From a virus (taxonomy: Duplodnaviria; Heunggongvirae; Uroviricota; Caudoviricetes), in the IMG/VR virus record IMGVR_UViG_3300028327_000833, positions 34,516-98,515 of that record: a DNA stretch of 64,000 bases; one strand, written 5' to 3'. The translations under genes and the position numbers were made by a program. Of this stretch, positions 55,370 through 64,000 are shown piece by piece. The notes below the pieces were generated by a model. That model saw only the letters and a list, made by a program, of their open reading frames with translations. It was not told the DNA's origin and made no database searches. Every line of letters begins with the position of its first letter. The stretch's first letter is position 1.

Positions 55370-56467
55370 TCAGTCCCCGCCTAACTCGTTGATGAGCTCT
55401 TCGGCGCTGTTGATAGCCCCGATAAGCTCCCTGCCGCGATCCGTCAAAATAGCGATCTGCTGTTTGTACTCGGTGATCCTGGCGTCGATTTGGCTGAACT
55501 CCAGTCGGTACTTATCCAGCTTCGTGATAAGTTTCTGCCTGAAGGGCGTCGGATCGCCGGTAAGCGCAGTCTCCCCCGCTTCGCGCAAGGGCTTTGCCGT
55601 TACCGCCTGAACATGGTTTACGTCTAAATTCGGAGCTTCCACTTTCAACTCTCCTGTGGTTAGTTTGTTTATGGAATAGTTAGGGTCGTACCAGTCGTCT
55701 AAAACGTTGCCTATCGGTTTCGGATCCTGCCAGCACCCGATCACGTCTCCCGCGAAGTAATCGAAACCGCGCACGATGATGTTTTTGTAACCGGGTCTGC
55801 AGGCGCAGTGCGGCCCTCCGTGACAGTATTCGGGATGCACCAAAGCCATCTCTTCGGGCGTGTAGTACGGCGTGCGGCTGCGCCCCGCGATCGGTTTGAA
55901 GTCCTGAATCCGGAACTCAATGCCTTGCGCCTCCGCGCTCGCTTTGTGTTCCAGGATACTCTGCTTCAGATACGGAAACAGTATCTCTTTTATGTAGACG
56001 GTAAAACCCGCGTTCTTGAACAGATAGACGGTTTTGTAGAACTTGTCTATCGCGGCTTGCGGATCGGGCGTCTTATCGATAGACTTTCTATGATAAGTGA
56101 AACCTATCCTGTCGATGACGTCTTTCCGCTTGACGACTTCGTTGTAGAAGTCCTCGTCTCCGAGGCCGTTCGTCTGAAGCTGAAAAGAACTCTTGCCTAA
56201 GTTGTCGAGAACGTTCAGCACGTACTCTTGACACTTAGGGTGGGACATCTCGCCGCCCGAGAGCTCGACGAGGAACTCGCTCGCGTCCGCGAGGTGCTTG
56301 TCGCGCCACGCTTTGAACCGGTCGAGCGTGAAGACGCAGACGTCCTCGTACTTTTCAAGGAATTTTTCGCGGCTTTCCGCTTGCAGTTTCCAAGCCTCGG
56401 AGTGGAAACAGTACGGGCATTGCAGCCCGCATTCGATTGGAATCGGAAATTCCAAGTAGTATTTCAC
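55370..56467 (-). CDS. radical SAM protein (third paralogue), GTG start
   Basis: CGLQCPYC, LSGGEMS; AGGAGG RBS. Confidence 0.6.
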   Translation of the reverse strand: MKYYLEFPIPIECGLQCPYCFHSEAWKLQAESREKFLEKYEDVCVFTLDRFKAWRDKHLADASEFLVELSGGEMSHPKCQEYVLNVLDNLGKSSFQLQTNGLGDEDFYNEVVKRKDVIDRIGFTYHRKSIDKTPDPQAAIDKFYKTVYLFKNAGFTVYIKEILFPYLKQSILEHKASAEAQGIEFRIQDFKPIAGRSRTPYYTPEEMALVHPEYCHGGPHCACRPGYKNIIVRGFDYFAGDVIGCWQDPKPIGNVLDDWYDPNYSINKLTTGELKVEAPNLDVNHVQAVTAKPLREAGETALTGDPTPFRQKLITKLDKYRLEFSQIDARITEYKQQIAILTDRGRELIGAINSAEELINELGGD

Positions 56468-56481
56468 AGCTAACCTCCTAA

Positions 56482-57477
56482 CTACGGTTGATTCTGTAAG
56501 GTTTTAAGTAAAGCGTAAATATCTGTTATTCCGGTACTGTCGTCGTCTTTAGTTAAAGACAAGGCGTTTCCGTTTGCCGTGAATGTAAACTCGCCTATTT
56601 TTAAGCTGGCTGTCGTGCCTTGTAAATTGACAAACGCGGATCGACTGTTCGCCGTTCCGCAAATAAGCATAGGCGAGTTACCTTGTATCTTGACTGTCGC
56701 GCCGGCCGAGTCTTCCGTTCCGCAAATAATACGGGATCCGTCGCCGTGAACTTGAAGCGTATTGCCGCTAGCCCCCAAACCGATGTTTACGTCGCTACGA
56801 CCGTGCATACTAAACTCGTTAGAATTCCCCATCATGTGCAACTCGCGTTTACTCTGCAGACCAGTGCCGATATACACATACGAGTCGTTGTGTTCGTCGC
56901 CAAAAACAGCGGACACAGCCGGTCTGCTATCGCCGATTCCGAGATATAGCTCGTGCGAAGACAAATACGTGCCAGTGTATCTGTCAAAAGAACCGTATGG
57001 AAGCTGAATGCCGCTCCAATTTTCTGAGGATACAATGTCGTACAAGGTCGAACCCGACTCATGCTTCCAGTAGGCGGAGGTGTATCTGGTGCAGAAAGAG
57101 TATCTTCCGGCTCCGAACTTCAGTGTCGTATCTTCATCGCCGTTGACACTGATATGAGAATTTTGATCTATACGGGTATGGACGTCCTTACTGAACGAAA
57201 TGCCACCCCTGGAGTAGACTGTGTCTGTGCTCGCAACTACATGATCGCGGTTTAACACCTCTTTCGAGGGAACGAAACTTAGACAGTTAATACTCTTTTT
57301 GTCCCCTCGGTCGCCTATCAGTCCTCCGCCGTTCCAGATAAAATCGGCGTCTATCTTTTGAAAATTATAGTTTAAATCAGCCACCCGGACATTGTCGGTT
57401 CTGTCAGGCAAGGCTAAGTCCGCTTTCGGCGTCCACTTCCCGTCGGGATTCAACTCAGGTTTCTCGAAATTGCTCAT
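56482..57477 (-). CDS. putative tail fibre/beta-helix protein (331 aa)
   Basis: start at MSNFEKPE (RBS AGAGGAG); repetitive Gly/Ser/Thr-rich beta-strand-like segments. Confidence 0.4.
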   Translation of the reverse strand: MSNFEKPELNPDGKWTPKADLALPDRTDNVRVADLNYNFQKIDADFIWNGGGLIGDRGDKKSINCLSFVPSKEVLNRDHVVASTDTVYSRGGISFSKDVHTRIDQNSHISVNGDEDTTLKFGAGRYSFCTRYTSAYWKHESGSTLYDIVSSENWSGIQLPYGSFDRYTGTYLSSHELYLGIGDSRPAVSAVFGDEHNDSYVYIGTGLQSKRELHMMGNSNEFSMHGRSDVNIGLGASGNTLQVHGDGSRIICGTEDSAGATVKIQGNSPMLICGTANSRSAFVNLQGTTASLKIGEFTFTANGNALSLTKDDDSTGITDIYALLKTLQNQP

Positions 57478-57481
57478 TTTT

Positions 57482-59530
57482 TTAGTCTCCTCTCGTGTTA
57501 CAGCAGGCATATCGCGAAGTTCCGTTATTGCCGCTAATATCCGCCCACCGCGTATTCGCCCATCTCCCCCACGCCGTAGGTTCCATATCCATCCACCGCC
57601 CGTCGCTTCCGCAGTCCGCAACCCTGAAATGCGGCAGGTAGTGGTACGAGTTCAGCAGCGACCACCGCTGAAAACCGTCCGCGGCCGCGACTCCGCTTTC
57701 CAACGACCCCCACGTCCGTATCTCATACTCCCGCCACGCATGAGGCTCCAAATCCCGCCAGCGTTTGCCGCCGCCCGTAAGCCTTGCCGTCAGTTTCACT
57801 TTTTGGAACGCCGGAACCCTGACCTTCAGCGTCGCGTCAGGGTACTTTCCGTCCATATAGTTTTCCCGCCAATAATAACCTTTTATCTCCCCGCTCAAAA
57901 CCCGCCCGTCCATTTCCGCGTCGGAAACCAATGCGTCCCGCTCCGTCAGCCCGAACTCGGAACCGTCCTCCCTTACGCCTACGGCGTCCGTACGGGAAAT
58001 CCATGCCCCCATAGGCCCTATGCAGGGAAGCACGGTCAAAGTGTGCGGCTCTGCCCCGACGGAATCCTGCGGCGGAAAAACCCCGAAACTCGACGCGTGG
58101 TTTAAAACGCCGCCGTCCGCCCGATCCAGTAAATAGACTTCGCTCTCCATCCTGATCCACGCGGGGATCAGGAACTCGATCAGTCCGCGCAGATGGCAGG
58201 TTATGCGCTGCTGCGCTTCGGGATTCGTAACCGACCCGTCGGCGTTCGCGTCCGGCCCTAAAAAATTCGCCAAATGCAGACGGTACATACTATTGTCGGG
58301 ATTGTAATTCGCCGTCCACAGACGCAACTCTTTCGACAGCTCTTTATAGTACCCCGCCTCGCGCGTAATTACTTTATAAGTGTATATCCATTCCCAATCG
58401 TCGGAATCCCGCGCCTTTCCGTCCGAATCGGGTTCGGGAGGCCTGATCGGATTTTCACGGTTTTCCCAATCGCGTTTCTTCCTGAAAAGCAGACATCCGC
58501 GATAATCTTTCCCGCCGCCGTTCCCTGTCCAGTTTAAGAAACAGTAGTCGCCGGCTTTAAAATCCTTGTTCGCTTCGCGGTCTTCGTCAGACCACGCTTT
58601 TCCGCGTATGTGCGTAAATCCGCCGGCCGCGTTTTTGACTCCTAAACCGAATTCAGGTTCCGCGAAGCTGTCTCTTAAGCGTTCGAACTCCTGATAATTC
58701 CGTTTCAGGCGGCTGTCGAAGTCCTTTAACGCCTCTTCGAGTTTAAGTTTTATCGCGGCGTTGAATTCGTACGCCTCTTCAGGCTTCAGCCTTTCGACGT
58801 CGGCCTCCAAGTTTATCAGGTTCAGGTACGCTTTCAGCCCGTAAACCGTCCCTCTTACCGAACGGAGCAGGTCGACGACGCCTTTAAGCTGCCGCCTCGA
58901 ATCGGGATGTCCGAGCAAATCGTAATAGTACCAAGCCGGCACGCCCTTCGACAAAACGAACGCGTCCAGCAGCTGCGGCTGCACGGACTGCAGCCTCACG
59001 TATTTGTTAGGATATTGCGTAACCTCTTCCGTCACGTTCTCCCAGACGGACGGCTTCCAAAAACAACGGCCGTCGGAATCCCGATGCGTCAGTTCCGCTT
59101 TTACTCCGCCGCCGGAATTCGACGGCGCTAAATAATAAGCCCCGCCGATTTCGCGGATTTCCGACGGGACGGGTTCCGCGCCGCCGGCCTCCCTGTACGT
59201 CACCCGCAAGGCCGGACGGCGGTTCAGGTTCATGGACTGCCTGAATTTGTCCGGAGATTCGGCGCGGGCGGCCTCGATTTCGTCGGGAGCCGCGACCCAC
59301 CACCGCGGAGGTTTGCGCAGCTTGCCTGTTTCGTCCGCGTAGCCCGCGATTTCCGCTCCCGGCGGAAGACCGTCCGTCTTCCCGTCCGCTCCCAGAATCC
59401 TGACCTCGCCCTCGGCGTCCGCAAGATCGCCTTCGGAGTACCTTACGTCGGGACGCCACCGCCCTTTTAACCGTCCGGGCGCGGGAGGCGCGTCAAGCTG
59501 GAAATAGGTCTCGGAAGTTTCGGTAGCCAT
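57482..59530 (-). CDS. large structural (baseplate-like) protein (682 aa)
   Basis: long ORF at head of the - strand operon. Confidence 0.4.
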   Translation of the reverse strand: MATETSETYFQLDAPPAPGRLKGRWRPDVRYSEGDLADAEGEVRILGADGKTDGLPPGAEIAGYADETGKLRKPPRWWVAAPDEIEAARAESPDKFRQSMNLNRRPALRVTYREAGGAEPVPSEIREIGGAYYLAPSNSGGGVKAELTHRDSDGRCFWKPSVWENVTEEVTQYPNKYVRLQSVQPQLLDAFVLSKGVPAWYYYDLLGHPDSRRQLKGVVDLLRSVRGTVYGLKAYLNLINLEADVERLKPEEAYEFNAAIKLKLEEALKDFDSRLKRNYQEFERLRDSFAEPEFGLGVKNAAGGFTHIRGKAWSDEDREANKDFKAGDYCFLNWTGNGGGKDYRGCLLFRKKRDWENRENPIRPPEPDSDGKARDSDDWEWIYTYKVITREAGYYKELSKELRLWTANYNPDNSMYRLHLANFLGPDANADGSVTNPEAQQRITCHLRGLIEFLIPAWIRMESEVYLLDRADGGVLNHASSFGVFPPQDSVGAEPHTLTVLPCIGPMGAWISRTDAVGVREDGSEFGLTERDALVSDAEMDGRVLSGEIKGYYWRENYMDGKYPDATLKVRVPAFQKVKLTARLTGGGKRWRDLEPHAWREYEIRTWGSLESGVAAADGFQRWSLLNSYHYLPHFRVADCGSDGRWMDMEPTAWGRWANTRWADISGNNGTSRYACCNTRGD

Positions 59531-59603
59531 TTCCTAAAGATAGCGAAATACCTGAAAATTTACAACCGTTGTATTTTTTGCAAATTTTCGCTATATTTAT
59601 AAC
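59531..59603. promoter_or_regulatory. divergent promoter/operator region
   Basis: 9-bp inverted repeat ATAGCGAAA(59540-48)/TTTCGCTAT(59586-94) enclosing palindrome ACAACCGTTGT; AT-rich. Confidence 0.5.
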
Positions 59604-60437
59604 ATGGCTACCGCGCGAAAAATCATCGAACTTTACGCCCAGACGCGGCCGAACGGCTTCGATTCGGCCAAAATAGGCCGCGCGGACGCTTCGCGCTTCT
59701 ACGGCGCGTGTTTCGCGCCCGATCGTCCGCAGACCGGAAACCCCGTCGCCGACCGTCAAAGCCGTTATTTGACGGACAATCTTAAACGGTGTAAGTCGGA
59801 CGGAGCCCGATACTTTGACCGCGAACGCCCGCTGAAAACGACGACCGCCGATTCTTCGCCGCCGCCTCCGATTATAGGCGGCATGGCCGAAAATTCGGGC
59901 GATCCGGCGAATCCGCCGAATCCGTCGAACGCCCCGCGCGAACCTGCGGAAAAAGAGCGCGAACACGACGGAGGCGGCGAAGACATCGCCAAAGCCCAAA
60001 AAGACAGTTTAAGCAAATTTTCCAAACCCGCAAACTCTACGTTTCAGGAGGATGTTATGGATGAATTGGACGCCGCGGTTCAAAGGATTTTGAAGCTGTA
60101 CGAGAACGTGCCCGAAGACGGGTACGGCGAGATCGACGAGGGCAAACGTCTCCGCACCGCCGCCATGATCGGCATGATGGGGCTGTCCGCTTTGGGGGCG
60201 GGCAAAGCCAGAGCCCAAGACCACGCCTCCGACTGGGGCAGGTTCCCGTCTGGCGGGGAACAGACGCTCTCGTGGCAGCACAGCCATCCCGACAGCACGG
60301 CGAGGCATACGGTTTCGGGCAAAGACAATATCGACAGCCACGTCAAAGAGCGCGGCCATAAAAACCTCGACTCGTTTATAAAAGACATGTCGCAGCGCGG
60401 CTACAACACCCGTTTCAGCACCCGCAAAACGGACTGA
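59604..60437 (+). CDS. hypothetical protein with Pro/Gly-rich low-complexity region (277 aa)
   Basis: ORF. Confidence 0.4.
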   Translation: MATARKIIELYAQTRPNGFDSAKIGRADASRFYGACFAPDRPQTGNPVADRQSRYLTDNLKRCKSDGARYFDRERPLKTTTADSSPPPPIIGGMAENSGDPANPPNPSNAPREPAEKEREHDGGGEDIAKAQKDSLSKFSKPANSTFQEDVMDELDAAVQRILKLYENVPEDGYGEIDEGKRLRTAAMIGMMGLSALGAGKARAQDHASDWGRFPSGGEQTLSWQHSHPDSTARHTVSGKDNIDSHVKERGHKNLDSFIKDMSQRGYNTRFSTRKTD

Positions 60438-60447
60438 GGGGGAGCTT

Positions 60448-60759
60448 ATGGCGGCGTCGAAATTCGCGGAAAAGAATTTCGCTGAGTTCGTCGACGGAGA
60501 CAGCGACATTATCGGCGACAGATTTTTCGATTATCTGTGCAACCACGCGACAATCAGAAAATACCGCGTCAACCAGCGGGAAGAGTACCGCATGGACTTG
60601 ATAGCCGACAATATATGGGGCAATAAGAATCTATACTGGATATTGAGACGGTTAAACGCGATTCTGTGCATTACCGAGCTTTCGGCGGGAGCGGTGATCG
60701 ACTATATCGACATGCCCGATTTGGAATCCGCCTACATGCACTGGAAGAGCGTAAAATGA
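60448..60759 (+). CDS. hypothetical protein (103 aa)
   Basis: ORF. Confidence 0.35.
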   Translation: MAASKFAEKNFAEFVDGDSDIIGDRFFDYLCNHATIRKYRVNQREEYRMDLIADNIWGNKNLYWILRRLNAILCITELSAGAVIDYIDMPDLESAYMHWKSVK

Positions 60760-61991
60760 TACAGCTGAACAATCAAGTCTACTTCCGAATGGATTTCGGC
60801 AATATCGAAGACGTGGTAGGGCCGGAAACGGCCGTCGACGTGTCTATCGCCGAACGGCTCGGCAACGACATCCCGTGCGCCGCCGTGACCTTAGATTTCG
60901 CTTCGGAAATTCAAGACTATATGCTGCACGAACTGACTTCCGTAAACATGGTCATAGGGTTTTCGGAGGATGTCGCGGCGCACAGCCGCTGGCAAGTGGC
61001 GGGGCATAGAAAATCCGCCGGCGGATTTGTGATGGCTCTTACGTCGAACCGCGACTACGTGAACGTCAGCGGGTATAAAGCGTACAAGAACAAAGATTCC
61101 GTCGGAGCGATAAAAGACGCCGTAAAGGAGTATTTCTGCATAGAAGACGCGGACGGCAAATCCACGCTGGAAGCGTCCAACTACAACGATAAGATGACAT
61201 GGCTGCGAAGGGAGCAGACCGCGCGGGAGTTCGTGGACTCCGTGTGGCTGCATTCGTACAAGGCGGGGAGCCTCATGGTTCCGGGGATCACCGGCAACAT
61301 TCTAGGCAAAGGCGAAGACAAGTTCGGCACGTTCAGATTGATTGATCTATACCAACGCAACAAAATTATAGAACTCAGGCGCGACTCCAAAGACGCCGAA
61401 GTCTCCGTCGACGACGGAACTCCGATGAAAGACACGACCTTGATGTCGGACGACGCGTACGCCAGCAGCTCCGCGCTGTTCAACTACCGCGTGGGCAGCA
61501 GAAAGCTTAACCAATTCGACGTCGACACCGCGGACGGCGTGTGCAAACCCGTGGACTCGGAACCGATTTTCAAAGGCGTTTTTAACGCCGCCCCGCAGGC
61601 GAAAGACAACGACGGGTTTTACGGCAAAAGTTCGGTTCGGGCTTACGCCGGAGCCGACAGATTCGTCAGCGGCAATGTTCATAAACACTATCACGAAGCG
61701 GCGATATTGAACATGAACCGCCTGAGCAAATTCGGCGGGACGTCCAAAATGCTTCAAATCGCAGACAGGCGGAAAGTGCCGATAATGGTAGGGGATTTCG
61801 TCAGAGTCCATTCGCTGATTCCCGGCACGTCGATGAATTCCGAAGTTCAGTCCGGGGATTACGTGGTGACGGGCGTTCTTACCAAAGTAGTCTCGAACCC
61901 GCAAACGAGAGCTTTCGCCAAGACCTTGCTGTTAAACCGAGACGCGTTGGACATTCAAGAATACGACGGCTTTTTCAAGCCGCCGAAATGA
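60756..61991 (+). CDS. hypothetical structural protein (411 aa)
   Basis: ATGA overlap with upstream gene. Confidence 0.45.
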   Translation: MIQLNNQVYFRMDFGNIEDVVGPETAVDVSIAERLGNDIPCAAVTLDFASEIQDYMLHELTSVNMVIGFSEDVAAHSRWQVAGHRKSAGGFVMALTSNRDYVNVSGYKAYKNKDSVGAIKDAVKEYFCIEDADGKSTLEASNYNDKMTWLRREQTAREFVDSVWLHSYKAGSLMVPGITGNILGKGEDKFGTFRLIDLYQRNKIIELRRDSKDAEVSVDDGTPMKDTTLMSDDAYASSSALFNYRVGSRKLNQFDVDTADGVCKPVDSEPIFKGVFNAAPQAKDNDGFYGKSSVRAYAGADRFVSGNVHKHYHEAAILNMNRLSKFGGTSKMLQIADRRKVPIMVGDFVRVHSLIPGTSMNSEVQSGDYVVTGVLTKVVSNPQTRAFAKTLLLNRDALDIQEYDGFFKPPK

Positions 61992-62001
61992 GGAGGGCGT
62001 T

Positions 62002-62445
62002 ATGAGAGGAATCGAACTGCTGCATCCAGACGTACGGAAACAAGCCGAACAGCTTGTCGTCGAAGCCGCGAAGGAAGGTTTGCCCGTGCTGATCACGGAA
62101 ACGTTCAGAAGCCGGTCGGAGCAGGACAAGCTGTACGCGCAAGGCCGAACGACGCCGGGAAAGCAGGTCACGTGGGTGCAATATCCGAATTCCGCGCATA
62201 ATTGGGGAGTCGCTTTTGATTTTTGCCGCAATGCGCGCGGGAAAGAATACGACGACGACGACGGTTTTTTCGCGCGGGTCGGGGCGATCGCCAAACGCAT
62301 AGGCTTGTTTTGGGGCGGCGATTTCCGTATTTCGAAAGATAAGCCGCATTGCGAGAGTCCTTTGTATTTTCCGGGAAATTGCGCGGAAACGCTCATAGCT
62401 AAGTACGGGACGCCGGAAGAATTCAAGAAGACTTGGGCGGCGTAA
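62002..62445 (+). CDS. peptidase M15 (VanY/L-alanyl-D-glutamate peptidase-type) endolysin
   Basis: Zn-site motif NSAHNWGVAFDF and downstream DKPHCES. Confidence 0.7.
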   Translation: MRGIELLHPDVRKQAEQLVVEAAKEGLPVLITETFRSRSEQDKLYAQGRTTPGKQVTWVQYPNSAHNWGVAFDFCRNARGKEYDDDDGFFARVGAIAKRIGLFWGGDFRISKDKPHCESPLYFPGNCAETLIAKYGTPEEFKKTWAA

Positions 62446-62488
62446 GCGAACTTTAAGCGTTAAATCCGCGCCGCCGCGGGAGGTTCCA

Positions 62489-62920
62489 ATGTTCGAATAC
62501 GGAATTTTGAAGCCGAACACCGGTTATCGAACCGAGGACGCCTGCCCGCTGAAGTTCGGAGGCGGGGGCGACGGCCTAGACGCCGCGGTCAAACATATAA
62601 TCAAGCGAGGAGAACCGTTCAAAATGACCGATACAGAACTGCCGGAATACGCGGTCGGCAACACGCCGCCGAAAAAGATACGACTGGAGGACGTCGCAGG
62701 GCCTGAGCTGCTCGCGAAATATTACGCGCAGGAGGGGCTCGTCGAGACCGACGAAAAGATTGAGCGCCTTTTGAAACTCACCGGAGTTATAGCGTATCGC
62801 GCGGATCCGCCGCAGTTTAAGCCTGAATGGCTGCTGAGTCTGCTCGAAGAGTCGGTTTACGACGGGCGTTGGACAGCCTTTTCGGATCGCAAGGATGCTT
62901 GCCGTGACATCGGAAGCTAA
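62489..62920 (+). CDS. hypothetical protein (143 aa)
   Basis: ORF. Confidence 0.4.
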   Translation: MFEYGILKPNTGYRTEDACPLKFGGGGDGLDAAVKHIIKRGEPFKMTDTELPEYAVGNTPPKKIRLEDVAGPELLAKYYAQEGLVETDEKIERLLKLTGVIAYRADPPQFKPEWLLSLLEESVYDGRWTAFSDRKDACRDIGS

Positions 62921-63122
62921 AACCTATGAAGACTGTCTGCGGGAAGCGCGGAGCGTAAGCAAAGAGCGATTGCAGGAGCTGTACGCCGCGACGGCGTTTC
63001 TCGTACGCGGACGGCGGGGGTCTCTGTTGGATTTTAAACCGTGCGGGAGTCCGAGCGGAGCGGACGTGAAATATTTTGCAAACAGCCGGACGGACGGCTG
63101 ATCCGGCCGTCGAAGCGGTCAA

Positions 63123-63683
63123 TCACAAAACCTCGTAATTGCTGTATTTCAAATCCACGGTGCAGGTCATAAACTGCCCGTCGTTCGACGGATTGCTTAA
63201 GACGACGTTCGTAGGCTGCACGTCGAACATCTCAAACGACATCGTCGGGACGGTGCGGCTCCCCGTATAAAGCCACAGGAAGACCCCTCGCGGCAAACTG
63301 ACCCACTTCCGCGTCAAATGCGAGAACGTTTTAGCCGAGTTCATTCCAAGGTCGCGCCACACGGTGAATAATCTGTAATTTATATGCAGGTCGTCCTCAT
63401 AGATTACGAGCTGTATGGAATTGGATTGCTCCGCGTCTATAATTTGCGTAGTCCGAAGCCCGTACACTTTAGCGGTCGCCGTTTTCAGCGTAGTGGTGAG
63501 CATCGTCGCGGACGTGCATTTGATGTTCGGAGACATTGCGCCTGCGATAGCTTTAGACACGTCTCCCGGTATGAGGCTGATGAGTCCGCTGAGAAGATCG
63601 ATAGGGAGGACTAGATCCCAGTTGTGAGAGAGCGCGAACCTTTGCGTCCTTAATTTGCCGTAATCTGGAGAAACGAACGACAT
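63123..63683 (-). CDS. hypothetical protein (186 aa)
   Basis: internal ATG 63683 with GGAGGCGC RBS preferred over the TTG start at 63731. Confidence 0.4.
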   Translation of the reverse strand: MSFVSPDYGKLRTQRFALSHNWDLVLPIDLLSGLISLIPGDVSKAIAGAMSPNIKCTSATMLTTTLKTATAKVYGLRTTQIIDAEQSNSIQLVIYEDDLHINYRLFTVWRDLGMNSAKTFSHLTRKWVSLPRGVFLWLYTGSRTVPTMSFEMFDVQPTNVVLSNPSNDGQFMTCTVDLKYSNYEVL

Positions 63684-63694
63684 ATAGCGCCTCC

Positions 63695-64000
63695 TTACAC
63701 GGTACGCTTTTTGCCGTCGCCCGACATCCAAGTTTTGGAGTTTCCGAGATAGTCGGCGTCGCTGTTTCCGTCCTTATCCTTTATCTGCTGATACGCGGGA
63801 ATGCCGTCCGCGTTATACACGATAATGCCGTAATTCGCGCTCTGCAGAGTTACGCTGACTTGCTGAAGCGACCCCGATCCTTGCGGATCCGAGATAGCCG
63901 CGGATGCGCAAAAAGTCTCGTACAGCGGATAATCTATGACGGACTTATTCCTGTCATGCGTAAGCAGACTGATGACCGCCCCGCTGTGGATCCTGCACTC
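63695..64000 (-). CDS. 3' end of a CDS continuing beyond the window (partial)
   Basis: open frame from window edge to stop TAA (complement of 63695-63697). Confidence 0.4.
   Translation of the reverse strand, partial: ECRIHSGAVISLLTHDRNKSVIDYPLYETFCASAAISDPQGSGSLQQVSVTLQSANYGIIVYNADGIPAYQQIKDKDGNSDADYLGNSKTWMSGDGKKRTV

Noticed and set aside
1-64000. CRISPR arrays, rRNA genes, integrase/attP, recoded stop codons
   Set aside because: There are no short regularly spaced direct repeats and no rRNA-like stretch. No tyrosine or large serine integrase is present; the only recombinase is IS607 TnpA. ORFs are long and uninterrupted under the standard code.

Overview
This 64-kb window looks like a block from a large virulent phage genome. 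Genes run on the + strand from 1 to 51 kb, a structural/tail module runs on the - strand from 51.0 to 59.5 kb, and there is a divergent promoter at 59.53-59.60 kb followed by + strand baseplate/lysis genes. The standard genetic code applies and no CRISPR array or rRNA is present.

Recognisable contents:
- Three IS607-family TnpB-encoding elements about 93% identical at the nucleotide level; one is complete with a serine-recombinase TnpA, and two carry the same internal tnpA deletion.
- Four DNA methyltransferases: a frameshifted C5-cytosine MTase with four WPTP repeat modules, Dam, an NPPY adenine MTase and a DPPY N4/N6 MTase.
- ThyX, an SF2 helicase, a sigma-70-family factor, an HNH-AP2 endonuclease and a divergent NAD-dependent ligase-like protein.
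- A vWA / PP2C-like / Ser-Thr-kinase-like gene triad.
- Three paralogous small radical-SAM proteins.
- A Ro60/Rsr orthologue embedded in a tRNA and tRNA-like cluster.
- A complete deamidated NAD+ salvage route: two PncA, PncB, a bifunctional NMNAT-Nudix and NadE.
- A 14-bp core motif GCGTACTGTAGTAG (about 30 bp with its conserved upstream arm) that recurs 8 times in + strand intergenic regions and is a likely phage-specific promoter.

Most other ORFs are hypothetical. All calls rest on motifs read by eye. tRNA boundaries and CDS starts need tRNAscan-SE/ARAGORN and HMM confirmation.
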